A DNA stretch of 58,862 nt from Harriotta raleighana (lineage: Eukaryota). Position numbers and translations under genes: made by a program. Of the stretch, positions 37,769-48,765 are shown piece by piece. Where the stretch lies: contig JBNZDD010013718.1 of NCBI GenBank assembly GCA_050575255.1, positions 2,349,670 through 2,408,531 of the forward strand, written 5' to 3'. Every line of letters begins with the position of its first letter. Positions within the stretch are counted from its first letter, which is position 1. Below the pieces are notes generated by a model. The model was given only the letters and a program-made list of their open reading frames with translations. It did no database searches and was not told the origin of the DNA.

Positions 37769-40159
37769 TATTGCATTGAATCCCCAGAACATCTGGTTGT
37801 ATTTCATTTTGATTTTAGGAAGGTAGAAGATACTTATTTGATGACTCAAATAATCTCAAATTTCGCTGGGATGAGCAAAAGAGTTAAACAAAAAACACTT
37901 TTAATTTATATAGGGTTTCACAAGATTTTACGGTCTTTTACCTCTCTGAACCCTGCACACTTTACTGATTCGATTGACATCCAGAGTCGCCTAGTTACAC
38001 ATCCCTTTTAATGCTGGCAATGATTATAAATGTAAATTATTAAGCTGCTCTGTTTTGTCGATTTTCATGCACATTTAATAAGAATGTTTCATCCATCGTG
38101 GGACTCTCTTATCATAACTGAACAATGCTTATTAGTGGAATTGTTTTCTACCCGACTGGCTTGATGCACTAACAAACATAGACGACTGCTCCTTCTCCAC
38201 TCCATGTTCAAATAAGCCACTGATCTCTATGCTTAAGTATACTTTAGCCAATAAATCACTGGTCTATTGCAAAGGCTGACAATAAAAGCAAAGATATAAT
38301 ACGTTAGAGCCATCCTTCTTAATTGTACCCAGTTGAATGAAACACTTCAGTTGTCAATTTATCAGTTAGAGAAAATTGATCTGAGCCCTTTGGAGGAGAG
38401 TAGTACAAAGTATTACATAAATTTCTGTATGGACTATTAAAAAAAATGGAAACAGTTGCATACACTTTGATCTTCAGTTCCTTTCATGTATTCAAACCTC
38501 ATAAATATTAACCTGAGGTAAAGAACTGCTTTGTATTTTATGAAATATTAATGATGGCACTGTATCTATTTGAAAATGATTTACGTTCAATGTATTCTTG
38601 CACCTGTGGGTTCATACCTCTCCCACAATATAAACAAGCAATTCTCCTCTTGGAGAACTTCTGCACCTTTTAAATCTACCGATTCATAAAAGTGACCTTC
38701 AAATTTCATCCTGAATAAGAGCAAACATGTTTCAAGAGCTTTAAAATATGGTTAATTGCAATTTCCCAGTCTGCCGATACATTGAGGCGATGCTGCTCAT
38801 TTTAGTTAATGCTGTGTATCCACAAAGCAAGCAAGAAGTTCCTATTATAAAAAGTATTTCTCAAAAAAGATCATGGAAGTCTTTAATCTAGAGTCCGATT
38901 TTCGTTTCATCATCTGCTTCAGGCTCAACTCATAGATTTAAACACAAAGTCTTTGCATCCGTGTTTAACACGATGGTATAATAATAGGGCATGGTGGAAG
39001 GAACACCAAACTGGAATTTCAATAGATAATTTGCACTTGAGGGCACCATTTCAATCGTTCACCCTTCACAATTACAGCTGGTGTGCTACCTCAGATTTGG
39101 AGCAAAGAAAACCTTTCGTTGAGCTTTGCCCAGTCCCCATGTCTGAAGTGGCTTCATTCCAAAAGCAGGGAACATCAGTCCGTGATTTATAGCAAAGGAG
39201 TTTAACGTTTCTCAGTTCTCAGGTGCAGCAATCCAATCAAAGGCATCTTCGAAACTGCCAGCTGCCATTTCAGAAGACGTATTTATACTGTGCAAACATG
39301 CAGTCAAGTGCCTTTTCTACCATCCAGCAACAAAATCTCTGATTCTTGTATCTTGGTTGGAGATTTGTGGAACCACGACTTGTTACTGGAACACAGATGC
39401 ACTTCTCCTTGTTGCCAACCAAATCGATATCCTGCCTCAATACTGCTTTCCTTTTACTTTGTTTTAATGCTCAATAATTTGGGTCCAATTTGGGACATTT
39501 CTCTGCCAAGGTTCTTTCTCTGATGCCCGCTGAACGGTGGGTTAGGTAACAGCCGTTTGTAAAGAGGCTGTGATGACCCAACCTGATAAGGCATTTGAAT
39601 TTTTAATGCCATCCATCTCAATTTGCTAGCTATCAGACAGTACATGCTACTGAAGGATACATTTCTCTATGTGCCTATTGATTTGTTTTGAAAATAACAT
39701 CTTAAAGCGCTGAAACCAATTGTCTGTGCACCATTCTCACTTTTCTCTCTATATGGTCTTACTAGAACAGGAAGGGAATCTGAAAAACTACTGAGCTTGA
39801 TGTAAACTCATCAGCTCTTGCTGACTGACTGCTTTCCTCTCAGCAACCTTCAAATGCGGGAGCAGGTGGAAACCTGGAAACGCAATTGAAACTCCGAACC
39901 CTGCGCTGATACGAAGAAAAGGAGCAAAATGTGAATCTCTGTGTTCCTTATTGATTTTCAGACATTCAGCACATCATTTCATCGCTGAAATGAAGAGTTA
40001 CAGCGGTGCTTGCTCCGCAAATGTGACACAAACGATAGAATTGTTGCCCTGATTCGAATTCAGGGTCAAACGTACATTCTGGGCTACACAGTGGGACCCG
40101 TGTATTATTTAGGGGTGCAAGTCTATCCAAGCATTGCTACTAATTATGATCATAACATT

Positions 40160-40228
40160 GAATCTGGGAGTGCACTGCACTTTCGGATGTGTGTACCTTT
40201 GAGATGAAACTGTAAACTGAGGTCCTGC
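40160..40228 (+). mobile_element. Deu-domain SINE remnant, target of the hAT insertion
   Basis: gggagtgcactgcac...gtacctttgagatgaaactgtaaactgaggtcctg. Confidence 0.55.
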
Positions 40229-41374
40229 TAGGGCCAGCATTACCATTAGGTGAACTAGGCGTCCGCCTAGGGTGCCAAAATTTTGGGGGATCCGGCCTTG
40301 CTTTTAGGGCAGAATTGGCTCATTTGGAGGGAATATTTAAAGTGGGGATAACAAGGAGATGGTGATGTGAGAGTAGGAGAGAGAGAGTGAGCGTGTGAGT
40401 GGGTGGGAAAGGCGGCTGATCAGCCTCCCCATCACTCGCAGCTTTGAAGAGCGGAGTTTGGCGCCAACACTCACTGAGGCGCTCGTCGAGGAGGTCAGTG
40501 TGGGAGAGCATGGCGAAGCGCTTCAGTGTTAGGTCGCTTCCCCGCCCTCTCCCATCCCCCCCCCCACCCACCCACACACACTTCCTCCCACACACACACA
40601 CCCCACATTGACACCACGTGCCCCCACACACTCACAACCCCCCTCCTTCCCCACACAAACATCAAAAATCACAAGGCAACAAAAAATAAAAATACAACAA
40701 AAAAGGAAACTACAAATTTCTGTTTGTTGTAAAAGGGGGTCTCCTACATTATAATCTCCTTTAGAGATAAATATTTGGTGTTATCACGATTTGTTTTGAT
40801 TGCAGATCGCATATACCTTCTTTTTGTTTGTTTAATCCGATAAATAAAAGTTACTAAAATCCATGTCCGAATGTTACAGACACAAAAAGTGAAAGAGGGA
40901 ATGAGAAAAAGGATTCCTGTGAAATGTGACTGAATGATTGACTGTGTGACTGATTGTGTGACTAATTGACTGTGTGGCTGACTGACTAACTCTTGGGCAA
41001 AGACTTGCTTCCACTTTACGTATTTTCCCGTTAGGATATGCATCTGTTCCTGACATACATGCACATTTATATTCACATATGAATTGATGTGCACACATAT
41101 ATACATACAGACACGACATAGACACACTTATTTATCTACATGTGAATGATGAGCCTTTACATATGTGTGCTTTTGTGTGTGCATGCAGTATGCTATGTAT
41201 GCTTAATACTTAAATAAAACAGAAGTATGTTTCATAAATAAATAAATGTATAACTGTTACCATTGATAATTAATGATATGAATTTTTAGTATTAACATTA
41301 GCTTATCAAAAGTTACTAGGGGGCGGACATTTGAAGGCTCGCCTAGGGCGCCAAATACCCTTGCGCTGGCCCTG
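40229..41374. mobile_element. Non-autonomous hAT-type DNA transposon
   Basis: 8-bp TSD ggtcctgc / ggtcctgt; short TIR tagggccagc ... gctggccctg; subterminal cgcctagggYgccaaa near both ends; no transposase ORF. Confidence 0.88.
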
Positions 41375-42199
41375 GGTCCTGTTACGTTTCAAAGCAAAAG
41401 ATCTGGCTGTATTCTTCGTCGCCATAGTTTCTTCCAGTTTTTGCTTGGCTTAGAATGACGTTGGCTAATGTTAAACTTGTGGCAATGTCACTCTCAATTT
41501 GGCTGCAACGAGTAACTAATCTATCTACTGCATTCTTCCTTTCTTTCCTGTGGGTGAGCATCTTCAAGCCACTTGGCATCTCCAGAGGAAGGCATTGCCA
41601 AAAGGCATAACGTTACAGATCCAAACACTCGTCCTCCTTTCAGTTCCAGGACCTGCAAGAGAATCGCTGTGCAGTGCCACCCTCCCTGTGTGAGCTCAGC
41701 ATTCATCTATTGAGTCTGTTGTCATCTAAGCCAAACCTCAGTGACTATAAAGTGCTACATATATACAAAATATTTAATCTGATGTCTGAGGACAAGAAGA
41801 ATGACCCAGTCGCCAACTCAGCAAACACGTGTCTGCTTTATAATATATAAAGTTTAGATGTTGCTGTTGTCCCTCTTTTTTTATACAAAAGCAATAAGCT
41901 ATTGACTTCAGGGAGCATGGGGATGGGTTTGAATTACAAAAGAGCCCAACAAGCAATCAGGATTGATTTTGCAGGGCCCTGAAAACGAAATTGTTTGGCA
42001 AGGTTTGATGCCTAGCAACAGGAATCAATGTACCTGACTGATTTTCCTGTAGATGTTTCTGCAAAGCTGAGGGTTGCCTCTGTGAGATGCACGGATGAGC
42101 CTAACTTTCTGCAGTTTCTATAATCGCGACTCCAAGCCACAAAATGGGGACTGCTTGCAGAAACCACAGCAACTGTTGAGAGCTACACTGACTTGTGTC

Positions 42200-42430
42200 A
42201 GAGAAAGATATCTTTCTGATCTAAGGTCCCCATGTCAACGTTCAAAAGAGGAGGGAGTTTAACCTCCAGATAAATTGGTCAATCGCTTCTTGGCTGTTGC
42301 AGGACCTTGCTGTACTGATATTGGCTGTACTGCTTGCCGACAAAATACAGTCACTACACCTGACAGTAATTCGATAGAAGCACAAGAGTTTGGACATTAA
42401 GGGCGCCATATAAATTACCATTTATTATTA
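42200..42430 (+). mobile_element. Deu-domain SINE remnant
   Basis: gaggagggagttt...aattggtc...gaccttgctg...attggctg...cagtcactacac...gggcgccatataaat. Confidence 0.55.
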
Positions 42431-42633
42431 CCTAAGGGTCAGTTTGACACTCTCCTCTGGTGACCACTTCGCTTTTGTTGTTGCAGATTCCTGTTTACAT
42501 TCGCCAAGATTCACTCCGAAGTGTATGAAACTGATCTTAAAGGGCAACTTAGACCATTGGATTGCACTGCCAATAATTGCTACTTTATGAACTTATGCAG
42601 AAATCTTACAAATAGTCTAAGAAACTGTGATAT

Positions 42634-42977
42634 TCAATCAATCAATCCAAATTACATTTATATCGTGCCTTTCACGTCGGGATGATGTCCCAAGGCGCTG
42701 TGTAGTCAAGTAGGGATCAGAGAGGCAGGGGAGGGGTGGGGGAAGGAAAGTAGGAAAAATTGATTATATTTGTGGGCGAAAATGTGGTAGCCAAATTGCG
42801 CACAGCAATGTCCCACAAACAGTCATGGAAGTGGGATTAGGAGAGAAAGGGGGGAAAGATGGCAAAGGGAGGGGTCAAGGTAGGGGGAAGGAGAACAAGA
42901 AAAAATGACTGTATATCGGTGGGCAAAACGCGGCAGCCAAATTGCGCACAGCAGTGTCCCACAAACAGTTGTGGATA
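42634..42977 (-). mobile_element. (ATTG)n-tailed SINE with a tandemly repeated core
   Basis: Same tail as 33318; the core gccaaattgcgcacagcartgtcccacaaacagt occurs twice. Confidence 0.85.
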
Positions 42978-43689
42978 TTCATCCCAGTATATAAAAAAAA
43001 GTTCATAAGACTGTGATGCAAATGCAATGTCTTAAATGATTAAACACAAATCTTAGCCCTGGTGAGTAAGAAGAAAGGCCCAGAATCTGTAAATTACTCC
43101 TGAATTATTTACATATCTGGAGGTATTAACACTGCCGTATGTGCCTATCACTATTGTGATTCTCTCTTGAGACTCATTGTGTTTAGAAGATATTTTATAA
43201 TTTTCTATAATTATATTCACCTTTTCCACTAGGCGCTTGGAACTGAAAGGCCAATATTTTTTCTGCCAGGTAGATTCTGCAGATGAATGCATAACAAGGG
43301 AATAATAGTAAATCTTAAAAGAAATCTATTGAGAAAATCCTAGAACTTGAGAGAAACGTGATATTCTGAACAATTCAGAAAAGAACTTTAAAATTAATGA
43401 GTCAGCAAAGGGCACAGTGTAGGTTATGTGGGAGAATTGTTTTGAATTAAGGATTAAGGATTAAGAAACTTTTTTTGTCAGACAATTGTCTGACATGTAG
43501 AAACCCATCACCGTACTTAAGAGTATCCGAACCAGTTTGGGAATTCCACATACTTATGCCACCGGCACTGGCACATGGGAAAAAAACACACACGTGATTT
43601 ATTTGGAACGCAGAGTGCCAAACCTGGCTTTGAACCTTCACTAGCCCACAATAAGACACTAATAGTAATAATAATGATAATAATAGTAG

Positions 43690-43872
43690 CAAATTGGTTG
43701 CTTAATCCATGACTGTATGTGGGACACTGCTTTGCGCAATTGGCTGCAGCATTTCATCTACAACATATACAGTCAATTCACTTTACGGTATATTCTGTGA
43801 AGCACTTTGAGACGTCTCGAAGGCGTGATAAGGCGCAATAACAACTGCAAGGATTATTAATATTATTGTTAT
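43690..43872 (+). mobile_element. SINE 3' half, main family
   Basis: gtgggacactgctttgcgcaattggctgc...gagacgtctcgaaggcgtga...gcaaggattattaatattatt. Confidence 0.85.
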
Positions 43873-46049
43873 TACCACCTCTGACTTTAAACCCTGCTAT
43901 GTTTTAGTGCTGGAGGGTACGGAGCAGGGGAACTGATAATGTAATGAAATAGAAAGCCAACCTGCAGAAGATTGTAGTCCACACAGTGGCTACTTTTCCT
44001 GTTCTCCTCCGAATTTGCCATTGTCTTTTATATTTGCTGACACGCTCAATCAATGAGAGTGGATGGAGAGAGTTTTGTTATACACCTGCCTCCGAAAGCT
44101 CCCAACTCCCTAGTTAGGAAGAGATGTAAGCTGTTGCCATTGTCATTGTTAACCCTGTTGGAAGTGTTCCAACAGTTTGCCTTCAGGGCCACATTTTATT
44201 GGAAGGCTTCAGACGTCATGGATTGCCTGGCACTGAATTGACAAAATGTTTTTTTTTGCGGTACGTCTTAAGTGTGTTCCCTGAATCCACGCGGCCTGGG
44301 TTTTATGCAGTCCACAGCAAGGTTAGCCAGAGGAACCCCAGCTAACTGGTTACCCCAAGGTTCATTTTACACATTTGCAAATGATCTGTTTAATCCCTGT
44401 TTCACCTTGGATTACCGCTCTGTGTGACGGTAAGTGTATGTACTTTGATGATGAGATCGTATAATGGCAAATGCATGTAAAGGCCATGGATACTGGTGTT
44501 ACAATCTGGTTTAAATGATTTCGATGGAAGTGGAAATGAAGCTAAGTTCTCTTATTGACATATGGTCAAGTGACATCCACAAGGTTTTGAAAAAAAAATT
44601 AAAAATAGTACTTAATTGCTTCGAACGTGATGAGTTACCGTCATGGGTACTGATGAGCGATCAGGTCGTGTTGATTTCTCGTTCCCATTGTTCGTGGGAG
44701 ATGATTCCCTCAACCCGATTCCTGGGTGATTAGCGACAAGAACATAAAGACAAATGTTCGACAGTGATAACGATACACCCTTTTGGATCCTCCTGGCTGA
44801 AGTCTCATCTAGAGCATCTGCGCAGTTAAATAATGCATTCCCTTAAAATTTTTGACAGGTGAAAAGCCAAGGGCTGAAGACATTGTCAGTGTCAAGCATT
44901 TGGTTGTTACTCCATATCCTAATGATAACCTATAATGCTGAAATCCAACAAAATAAGGAAAGACTGGGGAGCACTTTCCCTTGCAATTACATTCCCCATT
45001 TCTCCTAGAAATACACAATGCCAAGGCAATAAGTTTTCTTTTGTGAGTTATCTTCTATCTTATGCAGATTGAGTTTCAGGTTATCTGCTTTTATCCTAAG
45101 GTGCCTCACTGATGTGTTTTGCAGGAACAAGCTGTACAAACCCTGGAGTGTCTACATTGACTACGATAGGAACAGGCACTTCAGATCAGCTGGCTAGGCT
45201 CGTCATATTATTGCCCGATCTAGAAAGAACAACAACTTCCCATACATTTTACAGCAGTACCAAGTTGTCAGCGATATTTCTCTCAAACAGCTGGTCGAAA
45301 ACTCCAGCTACCTCTCTCAAGCCTTTGCAGGAAACACTCGAGCTTATAAAATTACATTGGAAAAAATACTGTTTGATTAATACTCGATTGCAAAAGGTGC
45401 AAAAGCTTTTAAGCTTTGCAAGTCACCATACATGAAGTGTGAGACTGAAGAAAGGGAAACATTCAAAAACCAAATGGGGGGGAGACAAATCTGTGAAATG
45501 ACTGAAGTCAGGCGAGTGAACCTCTGAAGTGAACGGAGCCAAAGAGCAAACGAGGCAGGTCAACTCACTAACAACAACAACTTTGATTTATATAACGCCC
45601 TCCACACCGGAGGGCATNCATTCAAAAACCAAATGGGGGGGAGACAAATCTGTGAAATGACTGAAGTCGGGCGAGTGAACCTCTGAAGTGAACGGAGCCA
45701 AAGACCAAACGAGGCAGGTCAACTCACTAACAACAACAACTATGATTTATATAACGCCCTCCACACCGGAGGGCAACTCAGAGCACTTCAAACTAAGAAA
45801 GGCTAGAGTTAATGTGGACTTTGCACTATGTTCCATTTCATCTCCAGAGGCTTGGCAAACAGGGGGCTGTTGCTGCATTTTTAACCCACTGATGATTCTG
45901 CATGACTTCTAGCATTCCAGAGATTGCAGGAGTCCACATTATATCATACGCGCGCACGGATTTCTCCGCATCATTGCGCGCGTATCGCGATAACATCAAG
46001 ACGTAATGTGTTAAACAGCGGAGCACCCAGACAGACGACACTGATCCAC

Positions 46050-46180
46050 CTAAATATAAACACTGTCTCATGTTAGAGCTGAAGTATAAGCTATGTGAGG
46101 CTTTAAATTTTTTGTGGGACACTGCTGTGTGCAATTGGCTGCCGTGTTTCGCCCACAAATATACAGTCAATTCACTTTAC
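46050..46180 (+). mobile_element. Variant SINE (non-tRNA 5' segment plus core), tail missing
   Basis: ctaaatataaacactgtctcatgttagagct...gtataagctatgtgaggcttt followed by the standard core. Confidence 0.75.
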
Positions 46181-46887
46181 TGTCTATCAGGTATCTATGG
46201 CACCCAAGCTTCCTCCCTTGTTGCCATGACAATATATATGGAGCAATGTGTTGGGCGGGAGCTGGTGAGGAAATAGTCGCCAGCATAACCATGGTCTTAT
46301 TAAATAACTTTACTTAACAAAGAAATCATACTTCTCTGTAGTTTTCGGGTTGGTTTCAGATGTTCAAAAGAACAACAATGTTCCAGACCTCGGTAAATCT
46401 AATCGGCTTAAAGACAATTAGTATTCCATCCAGTTATCTTAAACTGTCACCATGTGTGAAACCGTTTGCCTCAAATTGACTTACTCAACTGAAAAAACAA
46501 TTGTGTGTATCGTCAAGTTTGATTCCAATGTGGCCTGGATGCCTGTATTTCTGCATTTCAGCAAAATGCATTTATTTTATCCAACTGTGCCCAGCACTCT
46601 GTCTGAACTGGTTACTGAAAATAGTTGTCTGGGTCTGCCTTAAAGTCAAGCTGGAGTATTCAAAGGCCACCATTTACAAACAGTCACAATTGATCAACGC
46701 TGGATTTTAGCATCTAATAATTAGACCCGTTTCAGTAACTGGACGTGGTAAAGTGAAGTTTAACGTTTTAATTAAAAGAAACTGTGTTGAAAGCGATAAC
46801 TATTGCAATGCATCCCTTAGGAGACCTTGCATTAAGTGGACACCTTACTATTCCTAACAGATCTTCAAATCAATTTACTCAACAATA

Positions 46888-47103
46888 TTAATAATAATAC
46901 TAATAATCCTTGCATTTGATTTAGCGCTTTTCACATCTTCTAGACATCTCAAAGCTCTTCACAGAATATAAAGTGAATTGACTGTATATTTGTGGGTGAA
47001 ACATGGCAGCCGATTGCGCACAGCAGTGTCCCACAAACAATTGAAAGCCTCACATAGCTTATACTGTACATTAGCTCCAACATGAGCCTGTGTTTATATT
47101 TAG
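46888..47103 (-). mobile_element. Variant SINE with the same 5' segment and a complete tail
   Basis: Inverted homolog of 46050-46180 that continues into the (TTA)n tail. Confidence 0.85.
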
Positions 47104-47194
47104 TGTGTGAATATGACCTTAATTTAAAAGTTACGAGAGTACTACTGCTATCTCCAATTTGACTTTAACAGAGACATCTAACCTTGTGAACTAA

Positions 47195-47305
47195 GTGCCA
47201 AAGTAAGAAAATAATATTAAATATGTATCAAACCTTGGTTAGATCTAATTTGGAGTATTATGTCCTGCTCTGGTTTCCATTCATTACAAGGGATACTGAA
47301 CTAGT
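47195..47305 (+). mobile_element. CR1 ORF2 fragment
   Basis: Reads SKKIILNMYQTLVRSNLEYYVLLWFP, matching the CR1 LY..LVRPHLEYC...WSP motif. Confidence 0.75.
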
Positions 47306-47309
47306 GTTT

Positions 47310-47510
47310 TGTGCGTTTGCCTACAATACACACAGTCACTCCACTTTCCAGTAGGCAGCATATTTTGTGAAGCACTTTGAGACATGTAGAAGGCATAAAA
47401 AGCATTATATCAAATTCAAGGTTGAATTATTATTATCCAGTGAAGCACTTTGAGACATCCTCCTAACATGAAAAGAGCTAGAGCAAATGTGAGGATGATT
47501 ATTGAGTTAG
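47310..47510 (+). mobile_element. Two tandem SINE tails
   Basis: gtgaagcactttgagacat occurs twice, each followed by a tail-like sequence. Confidence 0.65.
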
Positions 47511-48564
47511 ATTCAGATGTAAATCTCAAACAAGCTGATGGATAGAAGAGTATGTTCTGTGTTAGAACAGGACACCATCATTAGAGAGTAATTAAAACTC
47601 CATGAGGAAGTCTCTGTGTGTCTGGCAATTAAGTGGTGTCGTTGGATCTAATCCATTTTCTTGAGCCAATATTTTCTATATCGTGATTGGTATTGAGTGT
47701 CAGTCGGTTATTAACAATGTAAGAATCGAATAGTGCTGTGGGATTGTTAACATCCACCTGAACAGACAGATGAGATGTAGGTTTGAATTCTTAAGTGATA
47801 GCTGGACCATTCTGCATTGTTCAGTATAAACATATGTCAATATACTGTAATTCAAAATAAGGAAAATGATTTGCTTATGACTGGAATTGGGACTGGGCCT
47901 CCACTATCTGAGTCACATCTGAGCTATCCGAGCAAAATAGTCGCCTCCATAACCATGGTCTTACTAAATAACTTTATTTACAAAATACATAGATTCTGCC
48001 GTTTGTAATTAAGCCAACATGAAAGGTGCTATATCAAATACAAGCATTAATATTCTTATTTATAATTTACTACAACACTTAACTGCCTAACTATAATGTT
48101 ATTGTCTTAACAACTGATGCGCACCTTGAAGATTACTATGCATGATTTAGGCGTTCTCTCACTTCAGAGGCTGAGCTAACAAACCATTTGATTAACAGAT
48201 CGAGTTAAAAATGCCACATTATAGCAATACATTTAAAATGTTTTTCACTACATTTCTGGACAGCTGGCGATAAGAAGTTAATGAAAGCAGAGGGTTTCCT
48301 GTTGTAAAAAGAACACCTAGTCATTCACTGTCATTGTAATTAAAACTCCTTGGCCATCTGTGCAAAAAGAATTACCACCATGACATTGCATGTAATTTCG
48401 GTTGTGCCCTGAGCTTGACTTTAGCTCTAACAATTACAATACATACTGCATAACATAGTCATCCTCCAATCCTAACTGTAGTTCATTTGAGAAATGTACA
48501 TTGTTTAGGCCCAGACTAATTAGGCTGAATGGCGTCTTTCATGCTACTATCATTCCATGTATGT

Positions 48565-48765
48565 AATAATAATAATCCTTGCATTTGGTATAACACCTTA
48601 TCATTGCTGGCGAAACGTCTTAAAGCGCTTCGCAGATTCGCCACAGCGTGCTGTGACTGTGTTTTTGTGGGCAGATGCCAGTCTGTGCAGAGCAATGTCC
48701 CACGGACAGGCATGAAGTGATTGGTCAATGCACCTGACAGAATGTTGGCCAGGTGTCTGCAGTGG
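48565..48765 (-). mobile_element. SINE 3' half
   Basis: aataataatccttgcatttgg...aaagcgcttc...gcagagcaatgtccca...gttggccagg. Confidence 0.75.

Noticed and set aside
38860-39660. Coding-like unique sequence (also 57700-58140 and 50186-50522)
   Set aside because: The frames I translated by hand give stops and no recognisable motifs; could be very old repeats.
41382-41655. Minus-strand coding exon after cttgcag
   Set aside because: Acceptor-like site, but frames hit stops, no matching donor, and no recognisable homology.
44645-44700. Hammerhead ribozyme at ctgatgagcg (also the minus-strand ctgatgag near 8170)
   Set aside because: No correctly placed stem II closed by CGAAA, and no stem I/III pairing.
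44515-45460. Penelope-like RT/GIY-YIG remnant
   Set aside because: Only faint resemblance (ISMEVEMKLSSLID, VYID); not supportable without an HMM or tBLASTx search.
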